Below, piece by piece: positions 26,385-36,751 of a stretch of DNA of 64,000 nucleotides. This stretch comes from Octopus vulgaris (taxonomy: Eukaryota). The notes under the pieces are model-generated. The model ran no database searches, was not told the DNA's origin, and saw nothing but the letters and a program-made list of their open reading frames with translations. The stretch spans positions 143,282,001 through 143,346,000 of the forward strand of contig OX597818.1 of NCBI GenBank assembly GCA_951406725.2. Direction: 5' to 3'. Each line of letters begins with the position of its first letter. The stretch's first letter is position 1. Made by a program: the position numbers and the translations under genes.

Positions 26385-27010
26385 AACAGAAATCTAGTGG
26401 CGAATATTAGCGACCCTCAAGGTAAACGGGAGATAATTTCAAGAAATTAAGATTTAATTTCTTAAAGTTATTTTGAATGATTAGAAGAAAAGTCTGATTT
26501 CTGTTTACTGGCAAGGGACGACTATGGAGATGTTTCGGTCTATTAGGCCTCATCAGCATAGTCTTGTCTACTGATCAGCTGATATTGTTTTTTCTGGTCA
26601 GTATAATCTGTATATGCTGAATTAAGGATTTCTCTCAAAGAGTCGATTGGTTAGGTTTGAAGGGATATATGTAGATTGGGAAAAAGGGAAGCATTGGTCG
26701 GGTTTAAAGATACCATGGAAGACAGTGAGTAGCTTGATTGGTCAAGATCATAAAGTAACTAGGACGAAAGCGAGAAAAGTATTGGTTGGTAAATAGAGCG
26801 ATAGATTGCTCCAGTTTATACAGACTTAGAGATATTGAAAGAGGTGTAATGATTTGTTAGGTTCACAGATACAGATCGGTTAGGTTTGCAGATACAGATT
26901 GGGAAACGGGGCATTGATTGATCAAATTTTTAAAGATGTAGGAAGAGTGAAAGAGAAGCAATGTTTGGTTAGGATCAAAGAGATAATGGTGGATTGGAAG
27001 TTGTATATTT
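26385..27010 (-). mobile_element. Probable PLE pseudo-LTR / 3' region remnant
   Basis: Degenerate tandem units containing CCAATC on the minus strand, followed by an HHR motif. No coding remnant recognised. Confidence 0.5.
26520..26563 (-). ncRNA. Degenerate minimal type-I hammerhead motif
   Basis: gactatg-CTGATGA-ggcc-taata-gacc-GAAA-cat-CTC-catagtc. Stem I is a perfect 7 bp and the core is intact, but there is a C.A mismatch in stem II and a C.C mismatch at 15.2/16.2. Confidence 0.75.
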
Positions 27011-27445
27011 AGTTGGTCATTTTTAACATCAGTGATGGAAATGATGCACTATCATATAGACAGCTGAAACTAGATCGTAGATTTAATAAGAGAACTTGCT
27101 GCTCTAGCACGTCATTTCCCACAAATAATAATTTATTTGTGAACCGAAAAGCCACATATTTATAGAGGAAAAGGAAATGTTGTGCTATGACGTTCATGTT
27201 TTTCTCAAGGTTATAACGGCATATGTGAAATGAAAGAGTTTCAAAATCAGTTTGCAGAGATGACTCACCTCAGGCGATCGAATAATATTTCGAATGGTGA
27301 TAATAAAAAACAATAAATTAAGCGAAGGGAAATATTCAAAGGATTTAGACAGAAAAAGCAAAATATTTCTGCCAGTCAGGAGGCTGTAGTCCAGTTATCA
27401 ATTTATAAAGTATACTAAGCATCATCGCTTTTATAAGCCGTGTCA

Positions 27446-28198
27446 TCAGCACGTACAGAAGCATTCATCAATAATTGGATAGGGAATTTTTTCCCAGCGA
27501 CACCGTCGTCGAAGACTTTTCCGTCGATTAATTCCGTTCCTTACCGAACCCAACTTAAGACTTGTGCTCTTAGATCTATTCGACGCCTTACCACCTGGTC
27601 TTTCTTTACAGTTCCATCTTAGCAGATGGATAATTTTACTTTTTGCAGACACGCAACGCATGCCAGGCGGCCACGAACACTGTCCGTTGTCGGTGCAACT
27701 TCCTTGCCGTATCCATGGCGGCCAAAAAAATTCTCCAACGTTAACCCAGGAATACTGAACTGGACATGAAGATTTTTTTACAAGCCACGTTTTAATAGCA
27801 GCGATAATTTGTGTATCAGGAACCATTGCGGTGTTGTTATCATAGGTTAAATTAATCTTTAGGTCTTTCACTGCATCTTGCATCATGCTGTCAATTGGAT
27901 AGTCGACGTATCTCAAAGATCCATTTTTGTTCTTTGGTTTATTAATAGACATCACTTTGGGATTGAAATCCTTTCCCAAAATTTGCAAAAGTTTTTTCTT
28001 TCTTCGTCTCTTTGGTTTTGTTGTTAGTATTCCGTGAGAGTCGCGCCTGAATTGGGAAATAGGATTATGTTTAAAGATCCTTTCAATCCCATAATCCGAA
28101 ATGGCAACTGACTTGGGATAGAAACTTGTTGCAAAAAGTTCATTTAGCATGAAGGTGTTGAAAATGTACCAAAACATTGCTAGGCTTCCACTTTTCAT
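27446..28198 (-). CDS. nog: Noggin-like secreted cystine-knot protein (250 aa)
   Basis: Hydrophobic N-terminus and LLQILGKDFNPKVMS (cf. Noggin LLRSLLGGHYDPGFMA), followed by WL....SCPVQYSW...GEFFWP.W...GSC....CS.P.GM.C......LLRWNC and C.W..IPYPII.EC.C.C-stop, with all 9 Cys. The first ATG is at 28198 (the ORF-track start at 28204 is GTG) and an in-frame TAA lies at 28213-28211. Confidence 0.95.
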   Translation of the reverse strand: MKSGSLAMFWYIFNTFMLNELFATSFYPKSVAISDYGIERIFKHNPISQFRRDSHGILTTKPKRRRKKKLLQILGKDFNPKVMSINKPKNKNGSLRYVDYPIDSMMQDAVKDLKINLTYDNNTAMVPDTQIIAAIKTWLVKKSSCPVQYSWVNVGEFFWPPWIRQGSCTDNGQCSWPPGMRCVSAKSKIIHLLRWNCKERPGGKASNRSKSTSLKLGSVRNGINRRKSLRRRCRWEKIPYPIIDECFCTC

Positions 28199-28220
28199 CT
28201 TCACAGCAATTTATTGAAAC

Positions 28221-28245
28221 CTGCCAAAGAGAAAGAAAAGAAATC
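28221..28245 (-). promoter_or_regulatory. Splice acceptor of a 5'-UTR intron of the noggin-like gene
   Basis: Minus strand TTTCTTTTCTTTCTCTTTGGCAG|GTTTC, 22 nt upstream of the ATG. Confidence 0.8.
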
Positions 28246-28743
28246 ATGAACACTAGAATATTTTATGAAATAAATAAAAAAACGGTGTTCTAGTTAGGGC
28301 TAAAACTCTAAAGTTATAGGAAGACAAAACTTTAATTTGTAGTTGTAAGAATGAATGAGGTGACGTATTATCAAATGCAATGTATCCTAGTCGCGATCAT
28401 CCCAGCTATTCGCCCAGTTTTCAGCAGCCTGGATTTCATTATCCAAAATGTTCATTTTAAGACCGTAAAGTATAATCTGATGGATATCTGGTTGCTTGTT
28501 CTAGTAGATCGATCGACCACTTATAGGCACAGTGAAATGATGGCGTTCGAAAGGTATCTAACGAAGGTTAGATACTTCGTTTAGCTTGCGAAACGTACAC
28601 ATATAAAAACGCACACATAAAATTAACATATATATCTGCATAAATACAAACATACATAACAAATACACACATATAGACACGCATACAAATATACACAAGA
28701 ATATGTATGCAAATACATGCCCACATATATAAATGTATACACA

Positions 28744-28783
<40 letters not shown>

Positions 28784-28887
28784 CTCATAGACACGGACAT
28801 ATATACACGTACACACTCATGCATACATATACATACATATACAAACCTACAATACATACACATAAATATATAGAGACATATCTTCAC

Positions 28888-29670
28888 ATCAAGATAAATA
28901 TTAGATCGTATTTTAAGCAAACTAAATAGTAAATTAAATTTACGGATTTGGAAAAATAGCGAGTCAGTGATAGATTGGTTCAAATGGATTAGCCATAAGA
29001 ATGACTGCACATTTACGCAGTTTGATATTGTCGGTTTTTACCTGTCAATATCTAAGCTTTTGCTTCCCAAAGCATTGAACAACGCCAAGCAGTATGTCAC
29101 CATCGATAGCTCGGAAATAGATATTATCTTGCATGCAAGGAATTCCCTTCTTTTTTACGATGATTCCACCTGGGTCAAAAAGAGTGAGGATTCTCTTTTC
29201 GATGTACCGATGGGGGCATATGATGAGGAAAAGTTGTGTATGCTTATAGGAACTTATATTTTTCATAATATGTATATGGAATTCCCTTTTATAGGTGCAG
29301 GATTATACATGGATGACGGTCTTATAGTCACCCATAAACTTAGGAAGAATCTGATTAATTTCTTCCAAAGAATGGGCTTACGGATTACGATAGAAAGTAA
29401 CCTTAATAACGTAGATTTTTTTTATATACCAATTTAGATTTGCAATTAGATAAATTTAAACCCTACCGTAAGCCCAATGAAAAGCTACGATATATTAGCA
29501 AAGAATCTAATGACCCATCCGTAATTCTTAAGGATCTAGTTAGTAATGTAGGAAGGTAAATATCATCAATTTCTTCAGATGAGACAGCATTTCAAAATGC
29601 CGCGCCGTATAATGCATTAAGGAAAAGTAGATTCTCCAATATCCAGTATAGCCAAGCTAATTCTGACAAT
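28888..29670 (+). mobile_element. Penelope-like RT fragment (GLYRDD type)
   Basis: IWKNSESVIDWF..FTQFDIVGFYLSIS..IILHARNSLLF....WVKK....FDVPMGAYD....C.LIG.Y..GLYMDDGL..LRITIE.N...VDF, then PYRKPN. Confidence 0.9.
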
Positions 29671-29671
29671 A

Positions 29672-29895
29672 ATAGGCCTCCTAATTCCTCAGATCTCAGT
29701 CCATTGGACTATTACATGTGGAGCGTTGTTGAGAGAGAGAGGTCAATGAACACCCCTAAACACCAAAGATTCTTTGAAAGCTGCCATTGTCAGCGAATGT
29801 CTAAAATGAACCAGTACCACTTGATTCGAGTATGTAAATGATTTAGATCTCGTATAGAAGCAGTTGTTGAAGCTGGAGGTGGCTTTATTTAATAA
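29672..29895 (+). mobile_element. Tc1/mariner-superfamily transposase C-terminal fragment
   Basis: RPPNSSDLSPLDYYMWSVVER ... FRSRIEAVVEAGGGFI*. Confidence 0.85.
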
Positions 29896-30106
29896 CATTT
29901 TAGAAAAGAACGTTTATTTTTATCTTCATAGCATTTTTTTATAAATAAAGTTATTATCTGTTATATCTGTTTTTTGTTTTTAATTCTCTCATGTTATTAC
30001 CTGGGTAAGTACAGTCTTTTGTAAGGTTGTACGGTAGCAGGTGGTTCGGTTGGTAAACCGTAGTTTAGGTTATATAGGAGAAGAAAATGGGTGTATACCT
30101 TTAATT

Positions 30107-30640
30107 GTATACCTTTAATTTAATTTGATAACAAAGAAGGAAGAAGCATTTACGATCGTTTCGATTTACTGGTTTAAGTAAATCTGTTCAGAATGCGAAT
30201 ATAGGTTGATGCATCCTGGTAATATAAACAAAGGTAGTAAGTCTTTGTAGTAGACTGGTTAGTTTCGTTGGGTAATTAGGGCGAGGTGAGTATTATTTAG
30301 GTGTGAGGTTCCTAGTTAATGTGTTTAATCAAACTAAGTATCCCACACCAAAATAATACTCACCCCGCCCTAAATAACCAACGAAACTAACCAGTCTACC
30401 GCAATCAAACCTCTACCCAGCGAATTTACCAGCGCAAGAACAAAATTTAATGTAAGACTTACTACCTTTGTTTACATTACAATCACATATGTATCAATTA
30501 TTTTCGCATCCTAACCGATGCATCGATCAATATTCGCATTCTGAACAGATTTACTTAAACCAGTAAATCGAAACGATCGCAAATGCTACCTTCATCTCTG
30601 CTTCCTCCTTCGTTGTTATCTAATTAAATTAAAGGCATAC
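30107..30640. repeat. Imperfect foldback inverted repeat (30107-30317 / 30332-30640)
   Basis: For example CGATCGTTTCGATTTACTGGTTTAAGTAAATCTGTTCAGAATGCGAATA and its exact reverse complement. The right arm carries indels. Confidence 0.9.
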
Positions 30641-30684
30641 CAGCGAAAACCACGAGTTTTCCCTTGTTATGGCATCCATTTTCT

Positions 30685-30720
<36 letters not shown>

Positions 30721-30731
<11 letters not shown>

Positions 30732-30938
30732 GGAAATGAAGAAAATGCTGACAAATAATTGAAGTAATTTAAGTAATTTAATTAGGTGAAAGTTCTTTTT
30801 ACGTTGCGCATTTGTTATGCTTATCAAAATATGATAAGCATAACAAATGCGCAACCTAAAAAGAACTTTCACCTAATTAAATTACTTAAATTACTTCAAT
30901 TATTTGTCAGCATTTTCTTCATTTCCTTTTTTATATAT
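30721..30938. repeat. Near-perfect palindrome with ~106-bp arms and a 5-nt loop
   Basis: Arms are 30721-30826 and 30832-30938. By eye there is one substitution and one 1-bp indel. Confidence 0.95.
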
Positions 30939-30967
30939 CACCACTCGTGTTCGACATCTCCTTTTTT

Positions 30968-30999
<32 letters not shown>

Positions 31000-31070
31000 C
31001 TAAGCAATTAAGGGTTTAGCAACGAATTGCCTTACCGCACCAAATTAATTAATTTCACCCTTCATTGTTA

Positions 31071-31107
<37 letters not shown>

Positions 31108-31166
31108 ACAGATTCACTCACACAGTCAAAAAATGAGCCAGATTAAGTTAAAACAATTTTTGTAGT

Positions 31167-31316
31167 AAATATTTTCTTTTCTACTCTAAGTACGAGGCTC
31201 AAAATTTTGTGGGAGGGGGCCAGTCGATTAGATCGACCCCAGTACGCAACTCGTACTTAATTTATCGACCCCGAAAGGATAAAAGCAAAGTCGACCTCGG
31301 CGGAATTTGAACTCAT
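31167..31316 (-). mobile_element. 5'-truncated SINE family 2 flanked by a 115-bp direct duplication
   Basis: The duplicated segments are 31052-31166 and 31317-31431. Confidence 0.88.
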
Positions 31317-31335
31317 ATTTCACCCTTCATTGTTA

Positions 31336-31372
<37 letters not shown>

Positions 31373-31692
31373 ACAGATTCACTCACACAGTCACAAAATG
31401 AGCCAGATTAAGTTAAAACAATTTTTGTAGTTTCTGCTATATGTTGGTTTTGCATATATTTTTGTCACTGGAGACAAGTGGTGCTTAAACCGTAATAATA
31501 TATCTGATGCGATGATGGAAACGTATGAAATGCAAACACTTTCTCTCTTGGTACAACTACTTAAAATTGTAGCTACGTTTACATGGACATAAAAAGTTTG
31601 ATATCTAGTCTTGTAAGGTTGGAGAATATTAACGTATAGAAATTCTATTGCAACATAATGGAAACAGTTTGTAAAGAGAGACACCAGTGGAT

Positions 31693-32088
31693 TCTTTTAC
31701 TCTTTTACTTGTTTCAGTCATTTGACTGCGGCCATGCTGGAGCACCGCCTTTTAGTCGAGCAAATCGACCCTAGGACTTATTCTTTGTAAGCCTAGTACT
31801 TATTCGATCGGTCTGTTATTTATGCCGAACCGCTAAGTTAGGGGACGTAAACACACCAGCATCGGTTGTCAAGCGATGTTGGGGGGGGGGGAGACAAACA
31901 CAGACACAGAAACATATAGACACACATACATATATACGACGGGCTTCTTTCAGTTTCCGTCTACCAAATCCACTCACAAGCTTTGGTCGGCCCGAGGCTA
32001 TAGTAGAAGACACTTGCCCAAAGTGCCACGCTGTGGGACTGAACCCGGAACCAAGTGGTTGGTAAGCAAGCTACCACACAGCCACTCC
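31693..32088 (-). mobile_element. SINE family 1
   Basis: Collinear with 11947-12374. Confidence 0.92.
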
Positions 32089-32309
32089 TTGAAAAGATTT
32101 AAAGTCTTCTTGGTAGTTGACAGCATCATTCACAACTACAGCATGAATTGACTTGTACTGTTTGGGTTGGGCTGTATCTGTTGAATATCCTGAATATCTT
32201 ACACACAAGGAACCAGAAAAATAGTCACTCATAGTTTCTATAATTGTTCGAGGAGCTTGGATTAGCTTCTTGGGTAACTTGATATTTTTCAAAATATTTT
32301 GGCATTGTA

Positions 32310-33240
32310 ACATCTCCAATATCAGAGCGAACTGGTAACATTAATTACAACTCTCATGATGTTAGTAAGTTGAAGATTTTCTTATCAAATCTAAATGTAG
32401 GGCTTTAGGAACCATGCTCTAAACTCACCAAAACGTGTACCTTTTGGAATGACAGGAAGAATTAGCCTGAAATCACCAGAAAAAAACTGTGACGCCACCG
32501 ATGACGTTAACCTTATCTCTGAGATTTTGTAATGTGCCGTTGAGAGCTTCTACCCAGACAGTTTGCCAATATTGCACATATGACCATTATTGTGTGTAAT
32601 GTCGTGTGACAGGTTAAAACTAAAATGAGCAGTCCTGCCACCTGGACAAAATCGCAACAATTCCAGATTGTTCTTGAATGAGCTAATTTTCTGAGCAAAT
32701 TTTTGTCAAATATTGGACAAGAATGTTTTGCCTGCTCCACAAGAAACTTCAAGGAATTCTATTCCTCTCGAGTCACTTTTTTTAATCCTTGTTTAAGCAT
32801 ATTTTTAGAATCTGAAACCAAAAGTGGTTCAAATTGGCGAACATACTGAACTAGTTTTTCAATACCAAATCTATTTATCTGAAGAATCTCTCGATTGAGA
32901 ACAGTGTCAACTACCAGTTCCAGTACGAACATTGCCAGTAGTGACAATATTGCATTTTTGATGAGGATTAGTGCTTGATTGTACATGGCAGAAGTAAACT
33001 TTGGATCTTGGCTTTGGAATCTCGTTGTGCTTGATACACTGACTTTTGCCACGCTATTCTGGGGATTATGTCAAAGATGCTGAGAATTGGAGGGCGAAGA
33101 AGCACAGAAACTGACAGCAAATGAGGTCCACGTCTTTCTTGGAGAATGTGGAGCCTTTCCTATGGCAGTATACGAATCTGCATCATCTTTCAACATTCAA
33201 CTTCTCTGAATAGTCTTGCATTACGTTGGCTCGAAAAACA
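32310..33240 (-). mobile_element. Helitron Rep/PIF1-helicase remnant
   Basis: Across frameshifts: Walker A GAGKTFL, SGIVAIL and GGVTVFFSGDFRLILPVIPKGT, preceded by YNQALILI. Confidence 0.8.
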
Positions 33241-33363
33241 TATACTTTATACATATTTTTTTAATATATAAATACATATATCAGGACGGACATACGAACT
33301 GACAGACGTACAGACAGACAAACACACACACATATCTATATATGTGTGTGTGTGTGTTATATA

Positions 33364-33409
<46 letters not shown>

Positions 33410-34010
33410 ATATATAAACATATGGAATAGTAACATGACCTAGTTTTCAGCAACAAATTCCTCCCTTGACCAGTAGGATCAAAAAGCCAGTTTTTGAACT
33501 ATTTTTAGAACAGCACCCAACACGAAGTTAAACAAACGAACTAAAGTCTTAACATTCAGTTGGAGTAATTCTCCATTCGAGAGAAACGGAAAAATAGCAG
33601 TAAAATATTCCCAGAAGAGGCAATTGTTTATAACATCATAACGCACTTTAAAGTGCAAGTATGGACACCAACAAATGGCCGAAATGTAATGTAGGCAAAA
33701 AAGAATTTATCAATTTGACTGCACTATGATTTTTAAAATGTGACTATTCTATGTATATTGTCCGTTTTCTTTAAACTATTAATTATTTCCCCTATATCGA
33801 AAAGAAGGAAGTCTCCATAGGGACAACTGGACTTTCGGAAGTGAAAAGTACTAAACATGGTCAAACTAACTGACCAGAAACATTACCACATAAACACACA
33901 AATGATATCCAGAATCATCATTTGATAATAGCGCAAAACTGGCGCCCGCTTGGATAACATATCCCCACAAAAAATTTCTTTACGAAGAAAAAGTTTTTTT
34001 GAATACAAAC

Positions 34011-34063
<53 letters not shown>

Positions 34064-34122
34064 CTTATATATTGTATGTGTATATATATATGTGTTTATA
34101 TGTATATGAAATAAAAAATAAA

Positions 34123-34360
34123 TGCGCCCTTTTTAAGCCTAGCCAGGCTCATGGGCCCGGTTTCAATGGCTTATGTGTTCCCCAGCTGAACAGGACGCCA
34201 GTCCGTCGCAGCGTTACTCATTTTTGCCCGCTGAGTGGACTGGAGCAAAGTGAAATGAAGTGCTTTGCTCAAGAACACAACGCGTCGCCCGGTCCAGGAA
34301 TCGAAACTACAATCTTACGATCATGATGCTGAAACTCTAACCACTAAGCCACGCGCCTCC
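34123..34360 (-). mobile_element. tRNA-derived SINE (head Y, tail A)
   Basis: The head matches the 7609 family; the tail TGAGTAACGCTGCGA..GGGCCCATGAGCC..AAAAGGGCG matches the 10637 family. Confidence 0.88.
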
Positions 34361-34394
34361 ACACACACACGCACACATACACACACATATATAT

Positions 34395-35880
34395 ATAGTT
34401 GAAATTTACAGAAGAACAAAAGACGAAGACAGGTGTATAAACAACAAGCAGGTGTATTAGTTTGATGCTCGAGAAGGTGAGAAAGTCTTTTACGTTTCAA
34501 ACCTACGTTCTTCAACAGGAAAGAACCCGAGGAAATAAACAGAGAACGAATAAAAGAACTTGTGGAGTTAGCGGTCAGTCATGCGACTGGATGGTCAAAG
34601 GTGGTTAGACAGGAGAGCTAGGAAGAAGGGGAGATAATAAAGTACTGGTGATCCCAAAACGTAGGTGTGCGTGCGTGTGTGTATGTGAGAGTGAGGTAGT
34701 GATGCGTGTAGATAGGAGCTGATGACTTTGACATGTGGATGTGTGCGTGTATGTGTGTGCGTGTGTGGATGATGGGGTGGGTGCTGGGAAGTGGTCAGTG
34801 CTAGTGTGTGTGGAGTTGTGTGGGATGGTGTTATGTAGTGTGGTGATGATGTTTGGTGTGGTGTGGCGGTGTTGGGGTATGGGGATTTGAGAGTGGGGTG
34901 TGAGTTTGGGGTGAGGATGTAGAGGGTAAGGATATAGAAATGGGTGAGGATGTGTTGGGTAGGAGTGAGGATGTAGGGTAGGATGGGGTCTGTAGAGTGG
35001 GAAGTGTGGGGTGGGGGTGGATGGAGGATGTATCAATGAAAGAAGGTGGGTAGTAGTGAACAGAGGAAGCAAGTGTTAAATGAAGACAGGAGAGGAAGGA
35101 AGTCAGATGAAGCCAAGCGGCGCCCCGTTTGTCCGATGTACAGGGGACAGTAAAAAGCTGGAGATGCAGTAAATGGCGTTGTTAGAGGTGCAGGTAAAGG
35201 AGTCAGTGATTTGATAGGGACGATGGTGGGTGCCTGTGAGGATGGTGGTGTTGGAGAGGTAGGGGAACGTGCGGCAGCGTGGGCGGGAGCAGGGGAATGA
35301 GCCAGGTTGGGAGATGGGGTTAGGGAAGAAACTGTTAACCAGGTGGTCACGTAGGTTGTGGGCTCGTTTGAAGGTGGGAAAGGGTAGGTTGGGGAAGATG
35401 TGCGAAGTGGAGAGGTCGGACTGGAGTCGGCAGAAGGCTCGGAGAATGGTGCTTAGGAGGGGCAGGATGGAGGTGTGGTAGGTGAGGAGAAACTGAAGAT
35501 GGGCGGGTGCGAGGAGAGAGAGTAGAGGCACGGTCCACGGAACGTGCTCTGGCAAGGGCGGTGTGGATAGTGGTGAGGGGATATCCACGAAGGATGAAGT
35601 GGCAAGCCACGAGTTTAGACTGAATCTCAAAGTCATGGTTGTCACTGCAGAGCCTGCACAGAAGGAGGAATTGGGAGTAGGGGATGGAGAGCTTGGTTTG
35701 GGTATAGTGGGAGGAGGGGAAGTTGAGGTAGGAGTGTGAGTAGGTGTGTTTGTAGTAGATGGAGGTAGTGAGAGTGGAGTTGTGTATGTTGAATGAAATG
35801 TCGAGAAAGGCGACGGAAGTGTTGGAAATGGTGCAGGAGAATTCGAAGGCAGGATGGAAGGATTAGACAAAAGAGAGGAA
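34395..35880 (-). mobile_element. 5'-truncated Penelope-like element (RT thumb, Cys linker, GIY-YIG, pseudo-LTR)
   Basis: FLDISF..TSIYYK.T.SHSYL..SSH...K.SIPYSQFL, GSFPCSRPRCRT, FTCTSNNAIYCIS and LYIGQTGRRL, with frameshifts. Confidence 0.92.
34487..34523 (-). ncRNA. Hammerhead-like motif with variant core CUGUUGA (degenerate stem II)
   Basis: ctttc-CTGTTGA-a-gaac-gtag-gttt-GAAA-c-GTA-aaag. Confidence 0.55.
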
Positions 35881-36052
35881 GGAGTCTAGTTGTTCGCGGG
35901 AGGGGGAGGTCGCACCGATACAGTCATCAATATAACGACCGTATAATTCGGAAGTGGGACATGTGTATATAGGTATATATATATATATCGCCATGGTTGG
36001 CCGCTAACTCCACAACGTTTTTCATTCTCTCTCTGTCTATTTCTTCGTGTTT

Positions 36053-36088
36053 CATTCTGTTGAAGAGCGTAAGCTCGAAACTTAAAAG
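36053..36088 (+). ncRNA. Hammerhead-like motif with variant core CUGUUGA
   Basis: catt-CTGTTGA-a-gagc-gtaa-gctc-GAAA-c-TTA-aaag. Confidence 0.55.
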
Positions 36089-36213
36089 ACTTCTTCACCT
36101 TCCCGAGCATCAAACTACTACACTTGCCTCTATATTTAAGAGATAAGAAATTATGTACATTATTTACATTATTTACATTTGACGGATATTTGTCCTCGTC
36201 TTGTTTGTTGTTA

Positions 36214-36257
36214 ACTCAACGTTTCGGCTGATATACCCTCCAGCCTTCATCAGGTGT
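36214..36257 (-). ncRNA. Type-I hammerhead motif
   Basis: acac-CTGATGA-a-ggctgg-agggtata-tcagcc-GAAA-c-GTT-gagt. Stem II is 6 bp; stem I has one mismatch. Confidence 0.78.
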
Positions 36258-36336
36258 CTTGAGGAAATTTCGGACTTGGGTTCTCATTCTTAAGGTATTT
36301 TTCGATGGTATTATTATCATTATTATTATTATTATC

Positions 36337-36384
<48 letters not shown>

Positions 36385-36514
36385 GTGCTGGTTACTGCTG
36401 GAATCGAACTCAGAATCTTGGAGATAGTAGCCAGCGCTCTCAATCACTACACCATATGCCCATAGGCATATGGCGTAGTGGGGCATATGGCATAGTGGGG
36501 CAAATGGCGTAGTG

Positions 36515-36588
36515 GGGCATATGGCGTAGTGATTAAGAGCGCGGGCTACTAACCCCAAAATTCCGAGTTCGATTCCAAGCAGTGACTT
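36515..36588 (+). promoter_or_regulatory. tRNA-like Pol III promoter head
   Basis: A box TGGCGTAGTGA, anticodon-like arm GGG-CTACTAA-CCC and B box GAGTTCGATTCC. Mirrored at 36389-36461 on the minus strand. Confidence 0.75.
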
Positions 36589-36595
36589 GATCATC

Positions 36596-36640
<45 letters not shown>

Positions 36641-36707
36641 ATTAATAATAATAACAACATCGAAAATTACCTTAGAAATGAGAATCCAGGTTCGAAATTT
36701 CCCCAAT

Positions 36708-36751
36708 ACACCTGAAGAAGGCTGGAGGGTTTATCAACCGAAACGTTGTGT
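36708..36751 (+). ncRNA. Type-I hammerhead motif
   Basis: acac-CTGAAGA-a-ggctgg-agggttta-tcaacc-GAAA-c-GTT-gtgt. Stem I acac/gtgt is intact; stem II has one mismatch. Confidence 0.78.

Noticed and set aside
28199-28204. ORF-track start of the noggin-like CDS at 28204
   Set aside because: The codon is GTG; the first ATG is at 28198.
34605-35072. 155-aa Pro/His/Thr-rich ORF
   Set aside because: It is the low-complexity 3' region of the Penelope-like element, not a host gene.
36389-36588. Functional tRNA genes, here and at the other SINE heads
   Set aside because: The acceptor stems do not close and each head continues into a repeat body.
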